A stretch of 25,417 nt of DNA from a virus (IMGVR_UViG_2571042636_000001:1-25417), one strand, 5' to 3'. Positions 8,351 to 17,390 are shown, counted from the first letter of the stretch. Notes: a model not told the origin generated them from the letters alone. Program-made: numbers and translations.

Positions 8351-9531
8351 GCGCTCACCTCCACAGTAAGGGATTCCAGACGAGGAACAGCCAGATCACT
8401 GAGAATATCCGGAAGAGAAAATGTAACCGACTCCACCTGTGGAAATACCTGGTGGATCTCTTCGCCCAGTCTGGACATGCTGAAACGGCTGTACGGCCAT
8501 GTTTTCTGAACGTCATAATCGCTGTTTTCGCGAAATGCACAGCGAACCAGATTTTCCACATTGCGCAATAACGTCTGAATTTCCTCATCGCTGAGGTTCA
8601 GCGTTGCATACAACCAGAGTGTCACGGTCAGGGTGTGGCGTGTTTCAGGCATGGAAAAACAGCGCAGATCATCACCGTGTCCGTGATGACCTTCATCGTT
8701 AATGAATGCGTTTACGGCATCAACGAACGGTTCGGATGCGATGCCGGTATCCAGCAGAATGTAAGCATTTGCTGTGCCGGGGCCGCGTGGTGCGTCATGC
8801 AGAAAATAGATGCGGTCGGCACTGATACCGGCAACGCCGGCAATTAACCCCCGGTAAACGGCATCGGTGTGATAAGCGCCGGCAAGATTAAACTGATTGC
8901 GAACACGATCACGCAGCTCGTCATCGCTTTCTTCGTTGGCACCCGGTGTGGTCAGCCAGTTTTCATCGTTCTCAACACCGGCAATACCATCAATCGCCAC
9001 CGGAAGGATGCGGTAATATCCCGGCGCAAGGTTAAAGCCGGCTCCGGCCTGTTCCGCAGAAACATCGATGTTCATGCTGAGTGTTCCTGCCGGAATAACG
9101 GTATCCCTGACAACGGTCAGCGTATAAATCACGCCGTTAATGCGTTCTGTCTGAATCTGCGTACCGGCCGGCACGGTAACTGCGCGATCAATGTCGTTTT
9201 TGGTGAAACGAATCACGCCGGCTGCGTGCGTGGCGGCCTTGCGTTGCAGGTTTACCGCCCAGGCAAAAACATCAACGAATACACCGCTGGCATCAGCCAG
9301 AAACAGGTTTTTCATCACCACATTAACCAGCGCATCTTTCAGCCACATCACGGGTTTTGTGGTGATAGCTGTAATCAGTCGCCAGAACGGTGACATGCGG
9401 GATGTGTTGGTGATAAGCCCTTCGTCTTTGACAATGGCTTCAAATTCAGCGCGCGCCTGTTCTTCTGTTACCGGCATGCCGTTATCAGCCAGAATGCGCT
9501 CGTAATCTGCGGTAGGTTTGCCGTTAATCAT
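8347..9531 (-). CDS. Baseplate J-like protein (P2 gpJ / Mu gp47 family), 394 aa
   Basis: ATG at complement of 9529-9531 overlaps the end of the upstream gene (ATGATTAA); the ORF track's TTG at 9534 is a less likely start. Sequence character (GVIRFTKNDIDRAVTVPAGTQIQTERINGVIYTLTVV...) and position fit the Baseplate_J family. Confidence 0.65.
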   Translation of the reverse strand: MINGKPTADYERILADNGMPVTEEQARAEFEAIVKDEGLITNTSRMSPFWRLITAITTKPVMWLKDALVNVVMKNLFLADASGVFVDVFAWAVNLQRKAATHAAGVIRFTKNDIDRAVTVPAGTQIQTERINGVIYTLTVVRDTVIPAGTLSMNIDVSAEQAGAGFNLAPGYYRILPVAIDGIAGVENDENWLTTPGANEESDDELRDRVRNQFNLAGAYHTDAVYRGLIAGVAGISADRIYFLHDAPRGPGTANAYILLDTGIASEPFVDAVNAFINDEGHHGHGDDLRCFSMPETRHTLTVTLWLYATLNLSDEEIQTLLRNVENLVRCAFRENSDYDVQKTWPYSRFSMSRLGEEIHQVFPQVESVTFSLPDILSDLAVPRLESLTVEVSA

Positions 9532-9874
9532 CAAGAGATACCGTAAAAGTCAGGGGTTCAAAAAAATCTTCGGTGTGGGCGCTAATCAGCAGGCGACCAG
9601 AAAGCGGGGTTTCTTCTGTCACACTGACCGTGCCAGGTGTGATGCGCTCATCATCTTCAATCAGCAGTGTCATCTGCATCATGATGTCGGCACGAAGCGT
9701 CGGGCTTTTTTCAGCCAGCAGGCGCGTTGCCAGTCCGCTCTCAATGATGGCGTGCTGGCAGTCCTGGGCAATACTTTCTCTGTTGTTGCATAACACCGGC
9801 TCACTGGCGCTGTTCAGCGTGAGATTGCGGCCGGTGATGAGCAAATCAATGTAAAGCGGTTTATCAGTATGCAT
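9524..9874 (-). CDS. Putative small baseplate protein (gpW/gp25-like by size and position), 116 aa
   Basis: ATG at complement of 9872-9874 overlaps the tape-measure stop. At 116 aa and directly 5' of the baseplate-J gene, it is where a gpW-type wedge protein is expected. Sequence similarity is weak. Confidence 0.35.
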   Translation of the reverse strand: MHTDKPLYIDLLITGRNLTLNSASEPVLCNNRESIAQDCQHAIIESGLATRLLAEKSPTLRADIMMQMTLLIEDDERITPGTVSVTEETPLSGRLLISAHTEDFFEPLTFTVSLDD

Positions 9875-11960
9875 GTAGCTCCATCCACTCGTTGAGGCGG
9901 GCAGGGGATGGATCCTGCACATTGACGTTGACCACGCGACGGGAGTTGTCGATTGTGGTCTGGTTTTCGCTGTTGTTCTGCATTTCTGCCGCAATGCCAC
10001 CAGGCCCCGCACTGATGGCTTTACCGCCGGTTAATACGGAGCCTTCGCCACTTCCTGTGCTTTCTGATGTGCCGATGTTAACGCCGGGGATCATGTTGAG
10101 TTTGTCCACAATCCAGCCCCATGAATCACTGAATGACTGTTTCACCAGTTCCCAGAGGTTACTGAAAATGTTCAGGATGCCGCCCGCGAGATCCTTCAGG
10201 GCATCCAGTGGTGAATGCGTGGAAAAATAGTTAACCAGTGCATTCCAGCCGTCCTGGATTGTGTTCCATGCATTGCCGAACCATGTCCCCATACTGCCGA
10301 CCATTTCAGCCACCCACTGAAAGGCGGCGGTATCCATCAGCGCGGCTTTAATCTCATCCCAGCGGGTGATCAGGAAATAAATGCCCACCCCCAGCGCAGC
10401 CAGTGCCAGGATGATTAATGTGATGGGGCTGAAAAGTAACTGTGTTGCAATAGCAGCTCCGCTGGTGACTGCGGTGTAGATTTTCATTGCTATGCCGGCG
10501 GCACCCAGTGCAACAGAATAAAGCCAGAGTCCGGCGCGCTGTAATTTCAGCAGCGCCAGCTGAATTTTTGCTTTGACGTTGTATGTTCCCATGGCAATGG
10601 ACATGGCCAGATACAGCGCCCTGACCGTTCGGGCAACTACAGTGAATGCCCACATGGTAGCCGTCAGTGTGCGTTTCAGCAGAATGAGAATCTTCAGCGG
10701 CGCAACGGCTGCCAGCCAGACCAGCCGCAGTCCTGTCCAGACAAACTTCGCCACACCCACCATAATGTTGACAACAGCACCCACTGCGGCAATGCCCAGC
10801 AGGGCGGCAGACAGTAAACCAATGGCCCGTGTGATATTGGGATACAGACGTAACCAGGCAACAAAGGATTTACCGCCTTCGTTGCTTTTCTGGATAAACG
10901 GGTACAGAACAGGCAACAACTGCGTGCCAATTTCAATGCGAATGCCGTTAATAATTGCAGCGGCCTGTTCCCATGGATCGGCCATGGCTTGTGCCATTTC
11001 GACAGCCTTATCCATACCTTTAATATTGCCCAGCGTGGCGATATTCTTTTCAAGTCCGCCAATGTCCGCATTGAGTAATTTAATCATGGCCACAGCTTCA
11101 TCGGAGCCAAAGGCGCTTTTCAGCAAATCGGAATCAGCCACTTTTGACAGATCACCAAATTTGCCCCTGATAAGTTTCATGATCTCGACAACACTTTTCA
11201 TCGTGCCGTCTTTATTCACGAAATTAAGCCCCAGCTTTTTCTGGGCGCTGCCTACTGCGGCAAGAAATGCTTTGTACTTTGTCCCGGCCTCGCTGCCACT
11301 CATGGTGGCCTGCAGTTGTCCCAGCACAGCGAACTGTTCAGCCGCATCAATACCGGCCGCTTTTGCACTGGCACCCAGCGTGGTGAACGCCGCTGACATG
11401 TTATCGCCGGTTGTTTTAAACATTTGCACGGCGGTGGCGGTTTGCCCGGCGACCTGCTCCACCCATTTGCTTTTTCCCATGGCATCAGCCTGGTCTTTAA
11501 AGATGCCGTACATGGTGCCCATGTAGGCGGTAATGGTCTGGCTGCTGGATTTGGTTGCTGCTGCCACCGTTGCTGATGCGGTGGTGAAGCGGGACAGCTC
11601 ATCGTCAGTTAACCCGGCAATGGCTGACTGGATGTCGTAAGAAGCACGCACAAAATCCTGCGCAGCCCCGCCGTATTCCATAGTGAAATCAACGGCGGCG
11701 CGGCTGAGTTTACGCAATCCGGACTCTGCGACGCCCAGTGATTTCACCTCACCGAGCGCCCTGTCCATTTCAATGGCTGGCATCAGTGCCCCCTGAATGG
11801 CTGCACCTACTCCCCAGAGCGCAGCGCCTCCGGTAGCAATGTCCCGAAAGGCTCCCCGACTTGTTGCAGCAAATCCCTGAACCTGTCGCCCGGCTGCACG
11901 CAACGGCCTTGTCAGGCGGTCTGTCAGTTCAAGAAGTAATTCAAGGCGCTGTTGTGACAT
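9864..11960 (-). CDS. Tail tape measure protein, 698 aa
   Basis: Long ORF right after the chaperone frameshift pair. It is Ala/Gly-rich and helical in character with central hydrophobic segments, typical of tape measure proteins, and its ATG overlaps the stop of the frameshifted chaperone frame (TAATG). Confidence 0.8.
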   Translation of the reverse strand: MSQQRLELLLELTDRLTRPLRAAGRQVQGFAATSRGAFRDIATGGAALWGVGAAIQGALMPAIEMDRALGEVKSLGVAESGLRKLSRAAVDFTMEYGGAAQDFVRASYDIQSAIAGLTDDELSRFTTASATVAAATKSSSQTITAYMGTMYGIFKDQADAMGKSKWVEQVAGQTATAVQMFKTTGDNMSAAFTTLGASAKAAGIDAAEQFAVLGQLQATMSGSEAGTKYKAFLAAVGSAQKKLGLNFVNKDGTMKSVVEIMKLIRGKFGDLSKVADSDLLKSAFGSDEAVAMIKLLNADIGGLEKNIATLGNIKGMDKAVEMAQAMADPWEQAAAIINGIRIEIGTQLLPVLYPFIQKSNEGGKSFVAWLRLYPNITRAIGLLSAALLGIAAVGAVVNIMVGVAKFVWTGLRLVWLAAVAPLKILILLKRTLTATMWAFTVVARTVRALYLAMSIAMGTYNVKAKIQLALLKLQRAGLWLYSVALGAAGIAMKIYTAVTSGAAIATQLLFSPITLIILALAALGVGIYFLITRWDEIKAALMDTAAFQWVAEMVGSMGTWFGNAWNTIQDGWNALVNYFSTHSPLDALKDLAGGILNIFSNLWELVKQSFSDSWGWIVDKLNMIPGVNIGTSESTGSGEGSVLTGGKAISAGPGGIAAEMQNNSENQTTIDNSRRVVNVNVQDPSPARLNEWMELHAY

Positions 11961-12441
11961 TACGATCCCTTAAAAGCACGGATAATGCCGTTATTGACGG
12001 CGATGCTCATATTTTCCCAGTAGTGGTTATCCAGCCAGACGGCGGCAGCCAGTGACTGCGGCGAGTCATCCTCGCCGGGCAGCCAGTGGCGGCGCAGAAT
12101 CAGCATCCGGGTAAGGTCATTGCGATCAATGGCCCCCAGATGGCTTTTTATTTTTTTACGGTGATTTCCACTTCCGGCACAAACTCGTTATTCACGGCTG
12201 TTGCCAGGCTGGCCGGCATTCCTGGTTTTTCCAGCAACTGGTTCAGCAGATCGCGGTGCTCTTTAATCACGATACGGCGCAGGTAGTTTTTCAGCGGTGC
12301 AATTTTATTGTCCGGCATGAAGTCGTTCTGCAGGTCGTTGTAGTCTTTCACCGTCGGGATAAACGTCAGTTCATGCTCGCCGACCTGTAAAGTGATGGCG
12401 TTCTCTGCGGTGGTTTGGGGGTTTTTATCGTTCATCATCAT
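11960..12441 (-). CDS. Frameshift-extended tail assembly chaperone (gpE+E' type, about 159 aa) made by programmed -1 slippage
   Basis: The -1 frame entered at the heptamer A AAA AAA (complement of 12151-12157) stays open for 63 further codons (IKSHLGAIDRNDLTRMLILRRHWLPGEDDSPQSLAAAVWLDNHYWENMSIAVNNGIIRAFKGS) and stops at complement of 11960-11962, 1 nt overlapping the tape-measure ATG. Translated by hand from the sequence. Confidence 0.55.
12148..12441 (-). CDS. Tail assembly chaperone (P2 gpE-like), 97 aa
   Basis: ATG at complement of 12439-12441. Small acidic protein immediately 5' of the tape measure gene; it ends ...VEITVKK-stop on a slippery A7 run. Confidence 0.7.
   Translation of the reverse strand: MMMNDKNPQTTAENAITLQVGEHELTFIPTVKDYNDLQNDFMPDNKIAPLKNYLRRIVIKEHRDLLNQLLEKPGMPASLATAVNNEFVPEVEITVKK
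12151..12157 (-). other. Slippery heptamer A_AAA_AAA (programmed -1 ribosomal frameshift site)
   Basis: Run of 7 T on the plus strand (7 A in mRNA sense) in the last two sense codons of the chaperone ORF. The chaperone/tape-measure frameshift arrangement is conserved across tailed phages. Confidence 0.55.
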
Positions 12442-12505
12442 GTCCTGTTAATGTCAAGAATAAGAGGGCTTAATAAGCCTGCAGGAAGGCTTATTAAGCG
12501 TAAAA

Positions 12506-12847
12506 TCAGCGCACACCGTCGTGCTCAAGGCTGAAATGATTGCCATCTGCGCGGTTTTTAAAACGACCGCCCCATGAGCCGCCGAGGGATTCCCAGTACT
12601 CGCCCAGTTCGCGGTAAGCCTCTGTGCGGGTCTGGTATTCACCGTTAATAAACAGATTAAAATCCACCGCCAGTCGCTGGCAGTGCAGACTGTTGGTGAT
12701 GCCTGATCCCTTTTGTGCGTTGAGTTTTGCCTGCTCTGGCGTGCGGTACGCCTCACCGAACGTCAGGCCATAACCGCGCTGATGGGCAAACTGGATGAGT
12801 TTTCCGATCATGACGGTAAATTGTTGTTGCTTATCGGAGAGTTTCAT
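12506..12847 (-). CDS. Peptidase M15-family endolysin (L-alanyl-D-glutamate peptidase-like), 113 aa
   Basis: ATG at complement of 12845-12847 with an AAGGAG ribosome-binding site. It has the metal-ligand pattern H-x6-D (SLHCQRLAVDF) and a C-terminal DGNHFSLEH, characteristic of M15 cell-wall peptidases. Confidence 0.7.
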   Translation of the reverse strand: MKLSDKQQQFTVMIGKLIQFAHQRGYGLTFGEAYRTPEQAKLNAQKGSGITNSLHCQRLAVDFNLFINGEYQTRTEAYRELGEYWESLGGSWGGRFKNRADGNHFSLEHDGVR

Positions 12848-12956
12848 TTTTGCTCCTTACGGGGTTGTTGAGGTTTACGCAACCAGCGCCACAACGCCCG
12901 GATAATTTTCCAGACAATGGCAGCGGCTTTCTGATCCCTGCGGGACTGCATTGCGG

Positions 12957-13253
12957 TTACTCCTCTTTGTTCTCTTTTTCGTCCAGCTTCCGGCGCATGT
13001 GGCGCAGGAAGATTTCCACAATCTGGTAACCGGCAACGCCCATTGCGGTACCTGCGCCGGCAATGGCCAGTGGGTCAAGATTCGGGTAGCGAACCAGCAG
13101 GGCGGCGGCAGAAACACCCAGCGCGCTCCCCAGCAGGGTTCGGCCCACAAACAACCGCAACGTAATCGGTTCTGCGCCAGCCAGCACCCGACTTGCGGCA
13201 GCGATTCCGCCCAGAATGCCCAGGGTGATGATGGTGCGTTCATGCTCCTGCAT
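12957..13253 (-). CDS. Putative holin, 98 aa, three predicted transmembrane segments and a charged C-terminus
   Basis: ATG at complement of 13251-13253. Three hydrophobic stretches (IITLGILGGIAAASRVLAG, LRLFVGRTLLGSALGVSAAALLV, LAIAGAGTAMGVAGYQIVEIFL) are followed by the tail RHMRRKLDEKENKEE, and the gene lies just upstream of the M15 peptidase. Confidence 0.55.
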   Translation of the reverse strand: MQEHERTIITLGILGGIAAASRVLAGAEPITLRLFVGRTLLGSALGVSAAALLVRYPNLDPLAIAGAGTAMGVAGYQIVEIFLRHMRRKLDEKENKEE

Positions 13254-13256
13254 GGT

Positions 13257-13712
13257 TCACCCCATCAGCCCGCGCACGTCGTTCTCTGAGAGAACGGGCA
13301 CGCCGTTGATACGTACAAAGTCAGGGCTTGCCACCACGTACTTGATTTTGTGTGTGGTCAGATCCGCGCTCTCGGTGTCAATGCTTAACAGGTTCGAAAG
13401 CATCAGCTCACACCCGAAGACTTCAACGCGGATTTCTTCGGTGCCTGTGTTGGCGTAGAACACAAAATCCATTGATGGCAGGTCACGCCACGATCCCGCC
13501 TGAGCGGCTGCTTCCCCGAGCTGGTTAAAACTGCGGGTACTCATTTCGATTTCACCTTCGGCACTGACGGGACCGCGCAGTTTGCCGTCAGGGATGCCAC
13601 GGGTTTTGGCCACGGCGCTTTCGTCGCTGATATCCAGCGAAATGTTTTTTACGCGGATATCCGTTCCGCCAACATAAACATCAAAGGCCATGCCGTTAAT
13701 GCGGGTTGTCAT
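13257..13712 (-). CDS. Tail tube protein, 151 aa
   Basis: ATG at complement of 13710-13712 with a GGAGGAG ribosome-binding site, overlapping the sheath stop (ATGA). Size and position directly 3' of the sheath gene are canonical. Confidence 0.7.
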   Translation of the reverse strand: MTTRINGMAFDVYVGGTDIRVKNISLDISDESAVAKTRGIPDGKLRGPVSAEGEIEMSTRSFNQLGEAAAQAGSWRDLPSMDFVFYANTGTEEIRVEVFGCELMLSNLLSIDTESADLTTHKIKYVVASPDFVRINGVPVLSENDVRGLMG

Positions 13713-14857
13713 GCGTTCTCCTCCAGAGATTTGTCCAGCTGAATGCCCACTTTGATGGTTTTGGGGCAGGCATAAGGGCGGACAACAATGCTGATGCTGA
13801 CCGTCTTTTCGTCCTGCCAGGTGATGGCCACATCGCCTTTTTGTGGCGATTTCACTTCGCCCGGAAAGGTGACACCGTTAATCTGCGTGGATTTCGCCAT
13901 GGTACGCAGCGGGCGGGCAAACAGCGTTTCATGTGCGGCAATGCTGCCCGGTGTGCTGTTCAGTGAGCGATCGGCAATTTTGGGGATGGCCATCAGTCGT
14001 ACGCGGCGCGCCACCTTATCAGCAATGCGGACATGTTCGATGACGTTGTAGTCCCCGCCTTCCACCTCAAGTGTCACGCCGTCGGCCCAGTAAAGGCCGT
14101 CATAGTCGGCATACCACATGGGCACGCTGTAGCGGGCGGTTGCCAGCGCCTGCAGGGTGGCGAGATCAATTGCCTGTTCCGCGCTGTCCTTCGGGCGCTC
14201 TGTGGTTTTCAGTGCGGACAGCGCCCCGGTTGCCACACGTGCCGGACTGTCAGCAATGGTGACGGCGCTGTTACACAGGCGACCAGCAAGAACGCCCGGT
14301 TCAAATCCAAAAATCTCCGGAACCAGCATGACCTGCGGGGCTGCAATGCCTTTCTGTAGTGCGGTCAGTTCGGCAACGTATTCCGCCCAGGTTTTGCTGT
14401 TGTTGTTGGCGGCGATGGTCAGGATGAACCAGATGCGGCGCTGATATTTATTGATGATGGTCTGACGTAACGCCTGCATGGCGTTGATGTCATCCTTTGC
14501 GCTGACCGGCTCGGTGATCACCACGCCTTCAACTGAAACAGTTTCCTGAGCCGCTAGTATGGCGTTCTGCCATGCCTTGCAGGCTGGCGTTGCTTCTTTG
14601 CCTTTGCCGGCTTCCGGCAGAACGGCAACATAGAAAAAGGCATTCTGTCCGGCATTGGTCAGCGCAGACTGAAGGAAACTCTTCAGCGGGCTGGCGTTTG
14701 TTCCCAGTAGTTCATCCAGATCGCTGTTGGCATTAACCGGCAGAACCTTACCTTTGTTGTTTTGTGCATTGCCCACAAACAGCAGCGTATTTTCCACGCC
14801 GTCCGGCGAGCTACTGAACGTGTTGTACTGTTCAATCGTGACAGATGGCCAGGTCAT
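13709..14857 (-). CDS. Tail sheath protein, 382 aa
   Basis: ATG at complement of 14855-14857 with an AGGAG ribosome-binding site 7 nt upstream, chosen over the ORF-track start at 14941, which would overlap the upstream gene by 64 nt. Large protein directly 5' of the tube gene. Confidence 0.7.
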   Translation of the reverse strand: MTWPSVTIEQYNTFSSSPDGVENTLLFVGNAQNNKGKVLPVNANSDLDELLGTNASPLKSFLQSALTNAGQNAFFYVAVLPEAGKGKEATPACKAWQNAILAAQETVSVEGVVITEPVSAKDDINAMQALRQTIINKYQRRIWFILTIAANNNSKTWAEYVAELTALQKGIAAPQVMLVPEIFGFEPGVLAGRLCNSAVTIADSPARVATGALSALKTTERPKDSAEQAIDLATLQALATARYSVPMWYADYDGLYWADGVTLEVEGGDYNVIEHVRIADKVARRVRLMAIPKIADRSLNSTPGSIAAHETLFARPLRTMAKSTQINGVTFPGEVKSPQKGDVAITWQDEKTVSISIVVRPYACPKTIKVGIQLDKSLEENA

Positions 14858-14876
14858 AATTTGTCTCCTGATTTTG

Positions 14877-15590
14877 TTATCTCGTGCCGCCGTAATGCAG
14901 GCTGCGCAACTGCGCTTCCAGAATGCGGGCAAATTCAGCATCGCTGGCTCCCAGAAATGCGCGGGAGGGGATTTTTATTTCCCATACACGCTTTTTCTGC
15001 TCGCCTTTCAGAATGCTGATCACCAGCCCGGCCTGCGCCATACTCATGTTTTCCATAATCCATTTCAGGGAAGGCTTTCTGCGTCCCCTGCGTCCGGTTT
15101 TTTTGCTGACTGCGCCGACGGGGGCCCGAAAGCCCAGAGAAAGAAGGCGTTCTGCCTGCCGTCGTGTGGCGGGACGGGTACGCATGGCTTCGCTGTCCCG
15201 GCGTTTTGTGGCGCGGCCTTTGATGGTTGCGCCGTGCTGTTGCACCCACGCGACCGCCCCACCATGAGAGCCGGTGTTGTAATCCCCTTTTTTGAAGAAA
15301 AGACGGACACTTTTCCCGCTGCCGTCAACCCTGATGGCCAGCAGTTTCGGCAGTCCCAGCAGCATTTTGTTTTTATACCTGCCGCTGGCTTTATCCGGTC
15401 TTTTTCGTGGTGCCCAGGCTACCCCCTCAGGTGTTCGCTGTGCTTTCACATTGCGTCGTGCAGCTGGTATCAGGCCGTATTTCGCAATGCGAACCAGCAG
15501 CTTTCTGGCCTTTGCCGGCGGAAGTTCTGCCTCTCTGATGGCGCGACGAACCTGCCGGAGTTGTGACTCGTTAATCACGGGGCGCGTCAT
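14877..15590 (-). CDS. Tail completion / virion morphogenesis protein (P2 gpS-like) with a basic internal insert, 237 aa
   Basis: ATG at complement of 15588-15590 overlaps the upstream stop (ATGA). Motifs RTPEGVAWAPRKRP and FLGASDAEFARILE resemble the gpS family; an extra Arg/Lys-rich stretch (RATKRRDSEAMRTRPATRRQAERLL...KKTGRRGRRKPS) makes it longer than typical. Confidence 0.55.
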   Translation of the reverse strand: MTRPVINESQLRQVRRAIREAELPPAKARKLLVRIAKYGLIPAARRNVKAQRTPEGVAWAPRKRPDKASGRYKNKMLLGLPKLLAIRVDGSGKSVRLFFKKGDYNTGSHGGAVAWVQQHGATIKGRATKRRDSEAMRTRPATRRQAERLLSLGFRAPVGAVSKKTGRRGRRKPSLKWIMENMSMAQAGLVISILKGEQKKRVWEIKIPSRAFLGASDAEFARILEAQLRSLHYGGTR

Positions 15591-16060
15591 GGCATCACCT
15601 GACAGTGAAGCTGATGCGCCTGAGCCACCCAGATTTCAGGTTTTTCCAGCCGGTAACGTTTCCCGCCTCTGGGGATGGGGCCGTTTTCGTCCTCAACCAG
15701 CGTGATGGGATCAACCAGCGGCAGACTGATTTCCAGCCATGCCACTTCATTTTCATCATCCACTTCGACGTCAACGGCTGGCGCATCTGGTGCCAAGCGC
15801 TGGCGCAGGTCGCCGCCGTTATCTGCCAGCCAGGCTTCAACCAGAGAAAACACCAAATCTGGATTGAGCTGACGATAGGGCCATGCGTCCCATCGCAGAA
15901 AAGCCGTATATTTTCGGACCTGCGTACATAACTGCCCGTGCCCCAGCGACTTCGTAAACGGAACGAGCGTGATGTCATCCATGTCACTGGTGAACGGAAT
16001 GTGTGCGCGTGCCGGCAGATTGTTTTCAATGAATGCCGTCAGGCTTGCGAGTTGCGTCAT
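15587..16060 (-). CDS. Putative tail completion protein (P2 gpR-like), 157 aa
   Basis: ATG at complement of 16058-16060 with an AAGGAA ribosome-binding site. Size and position between head completion and gpS-like genes fit gpR; sequence similarity is weak. Confidence 0.4.
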   Translation of the reverse strand: MTQLASLTAFIENNLPARAHIPFTSDMDDITLVPFTKSLGHGQLCTQVRKYTAFLRWDAWPYRQLNPDLVFSLVEAWLADNGGDLRQRLAPDAPAVDVEVDDENEVAWLEISLPLVDPITLVEDENGPIPRGGKRYRLEKPEIWVAQAHQLHCQVMP

Positions 16061-16069
16061 ACCATTTCC

Positions 16070-16627
16070 TTAATCAATCAGCGCGATGGATGCACGCGGT
16101 CGGCCCAGCAGCGCCCGCACCGCCATGGCCGCTTCAGCCAGCAACGTCCGGCGGCTCTCGCTGGCTTCTGATGATGGCTGCGCCTCACGCCGCCCCACGC
16201 TGGCAGATTCCGGCAAAAGATCGGCCTTTGCGCGGGCATACACAGCCTTGGTGTACAGTGCTGTAATGTGGTTCTGCATCCGTTCAGGTTGTGCATCCGT
16301 ATTGCGCGGCTCTGGTTGCAACACGGTGTAACCCGGAATATCGGCGGCCCGGGTGTGACCCTGTTCCTGCCAGTATTCACGGCGTGCAGCCAGTTCGGTG
16401 TTAATCTCTGTTACCGCGCAAAGCAGCGCCGTCAGCACCGTTTCGTGTGACGTGACGGCGGGGATGCTGCGGCTCTTTTCAAAATCGCCGGCATCAATAT
16501 CCGGCCAGAATCCATCGTTCTGAATAATGGCCTGCTGATAGTGAATGCTTTTCCCGTCAAACATGTTCACTCCGGGGAAAGGCGGGCTGACCGGTTTCCG
16601 CAGTGTGCTGATGGCTTTTGCCGGCAC
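16070..16627 (-). CDS. Head completion/stabilisation protein (P2 gpL-like), 185 aa, or 164 aa from the internal ATG
   Basis: ORF directly 3' of the small terminase gene. Start is either GTG at 16627 or ATG at complement of 16562-16564 with a GGAG ribosome-binding site. Assignment is by synteny and size. Confidence 0.5.
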   Translation of the reverse strand: MPAKAISTLRKPVSPPFPGVNMFDGKSIHYQQAIIQNDGFWPDIDAGDFEKSRSIPAVTSHETVLTALLCAVTEINTELAARREYWQEQGHTRAADIPGYTVLQPEPRNTDAQPERMQNHITALYTKAVYARAKADLLPESASVGRREAQPSSEASESRRTLLAEAAMAVRALLGRPRASIALID

Positions 16628-16662
16628 ACCTCCACCGCGCCCGCCCGGTTGTTGGGAGTCGT

Positions 16663-17373
16663 TTACGTGCCCTGCAACGCGCGCAGTCTTGCGGCAATGC
16701 GCTGGCGCAGAGTTTTCACCTGAATTTTTGGATGCAGCCAGGCAGCCCGCTCCAGATACTGATCAGCCTGTTGCAGTATCCCCGGATCATTAATTGCACT
16801 GGCCAGTGGTTTGCCGTCATCGCCGCGCAGCAGCTGGACGCCTGCAAAGCGCCAGTAGCGGGCAGCAAGACGTTCATTCACACGCCATTTGTCACGGATT
16901 TTTTCAAACACCTGCTGAAAATATGGCGCGATACTGTTCCCGCGTTCAGCTTCGGTTTCGGCCCATTCAAGAATGAAATGGGCTACAAACGTTGGCAGCT
17001 CGCTTTTGAAGTTCTCCGGCGTCTTCTGTCCCTGCTCAATGGCAATGTCAGTCCACCGCAGCGCCAGCTCAAACTGCCCGGTATCGAACAGCCAGATGAT
17101 GCAGTACACCAGAATGGGATTCTGATAGACGCGTTCCCCCTCCAGATAAGCCTGTGCGTGTGGCAGCCAGCGGGGCAGCAGCGTGTTCCGCTTGAATTCC
17201 AGCTTGTCAGACAGCAGCTCCATGTTGTGCAGTTGTCTGATGTCGTTATTCAGTGCCAGCAGCTTAATGTGCTGGCTCTCTGTACTGACGGCGTTCCCGT
17301 CCGTTCTGGTCATGAGTGCTGCACGGCGCTCATCCATCTGTCGGGCACGTTGTCGCTGCATTGGCGTTGGCAT
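16663..17373 (-). CDS. Terminase small (endonuclease) subunit, P2 gpM-like, 236 aa
   Basis: ATG at complement of 17371-17373 with an ACGGAG ribosome-binding site. Position 3' of the capsid gene and size are close to P2 gpM. Confidence 0.6.
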   Translation of the reverse strand: MPTPMQRQRARQMDERRAALMTRTDGNAVSTESQHIKLLALNNDIRQLHNMELLSDKLEFKRNTLLPRWLPHAQAYLEGERVYQNPILVYCIIWLFDTGQFELALRWTDIAIEQGQKTPENFKSELPTFVAHFILEWAETEAERGNSIAPYFQQVFEKIRDKWRVNERLAARYWRFAGVQLLRGDDGKPLASAINDPGILQQADQYLERAAWLHPKIQVKTLRQRIAARLRALQGT

Positions 17374-17390
17374 ACCATGCGCTCCGTTTA

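Noticed and set aside
10573-11526. 317-aa plus-strand ORF
   Set aside because: Lies entirely antisense to the tape measure gene, is Ala/Ser/Pro-rich from GC-rich antisense codons, and has no ribosome-binding site context. Treated as a shadow ORF.
12875-13243. 122-aa minus-strand ORF overlapping the holin in another frame
   Set aside because: Trp/Cys/Pro-rich out-of-frame shadow of the holin gene. Not convincing as an embedded spanin because no lipobox or signal peptide is evident.
14858-14941. Upstream ATG start at 14941 for the tail sheath
   Set aside because: It would overlap the preceding gene by 64 nt and add a Cys/Arg-rich leader. The ATG at 14857 has an AGGAG site at ideal spacing.
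14727-15566. 279-aa plus-strand ORF and neighbouring Arg-rich ORFs
   Set aside because: Antisense to the gpS-like gene and low complexity; no independent support.
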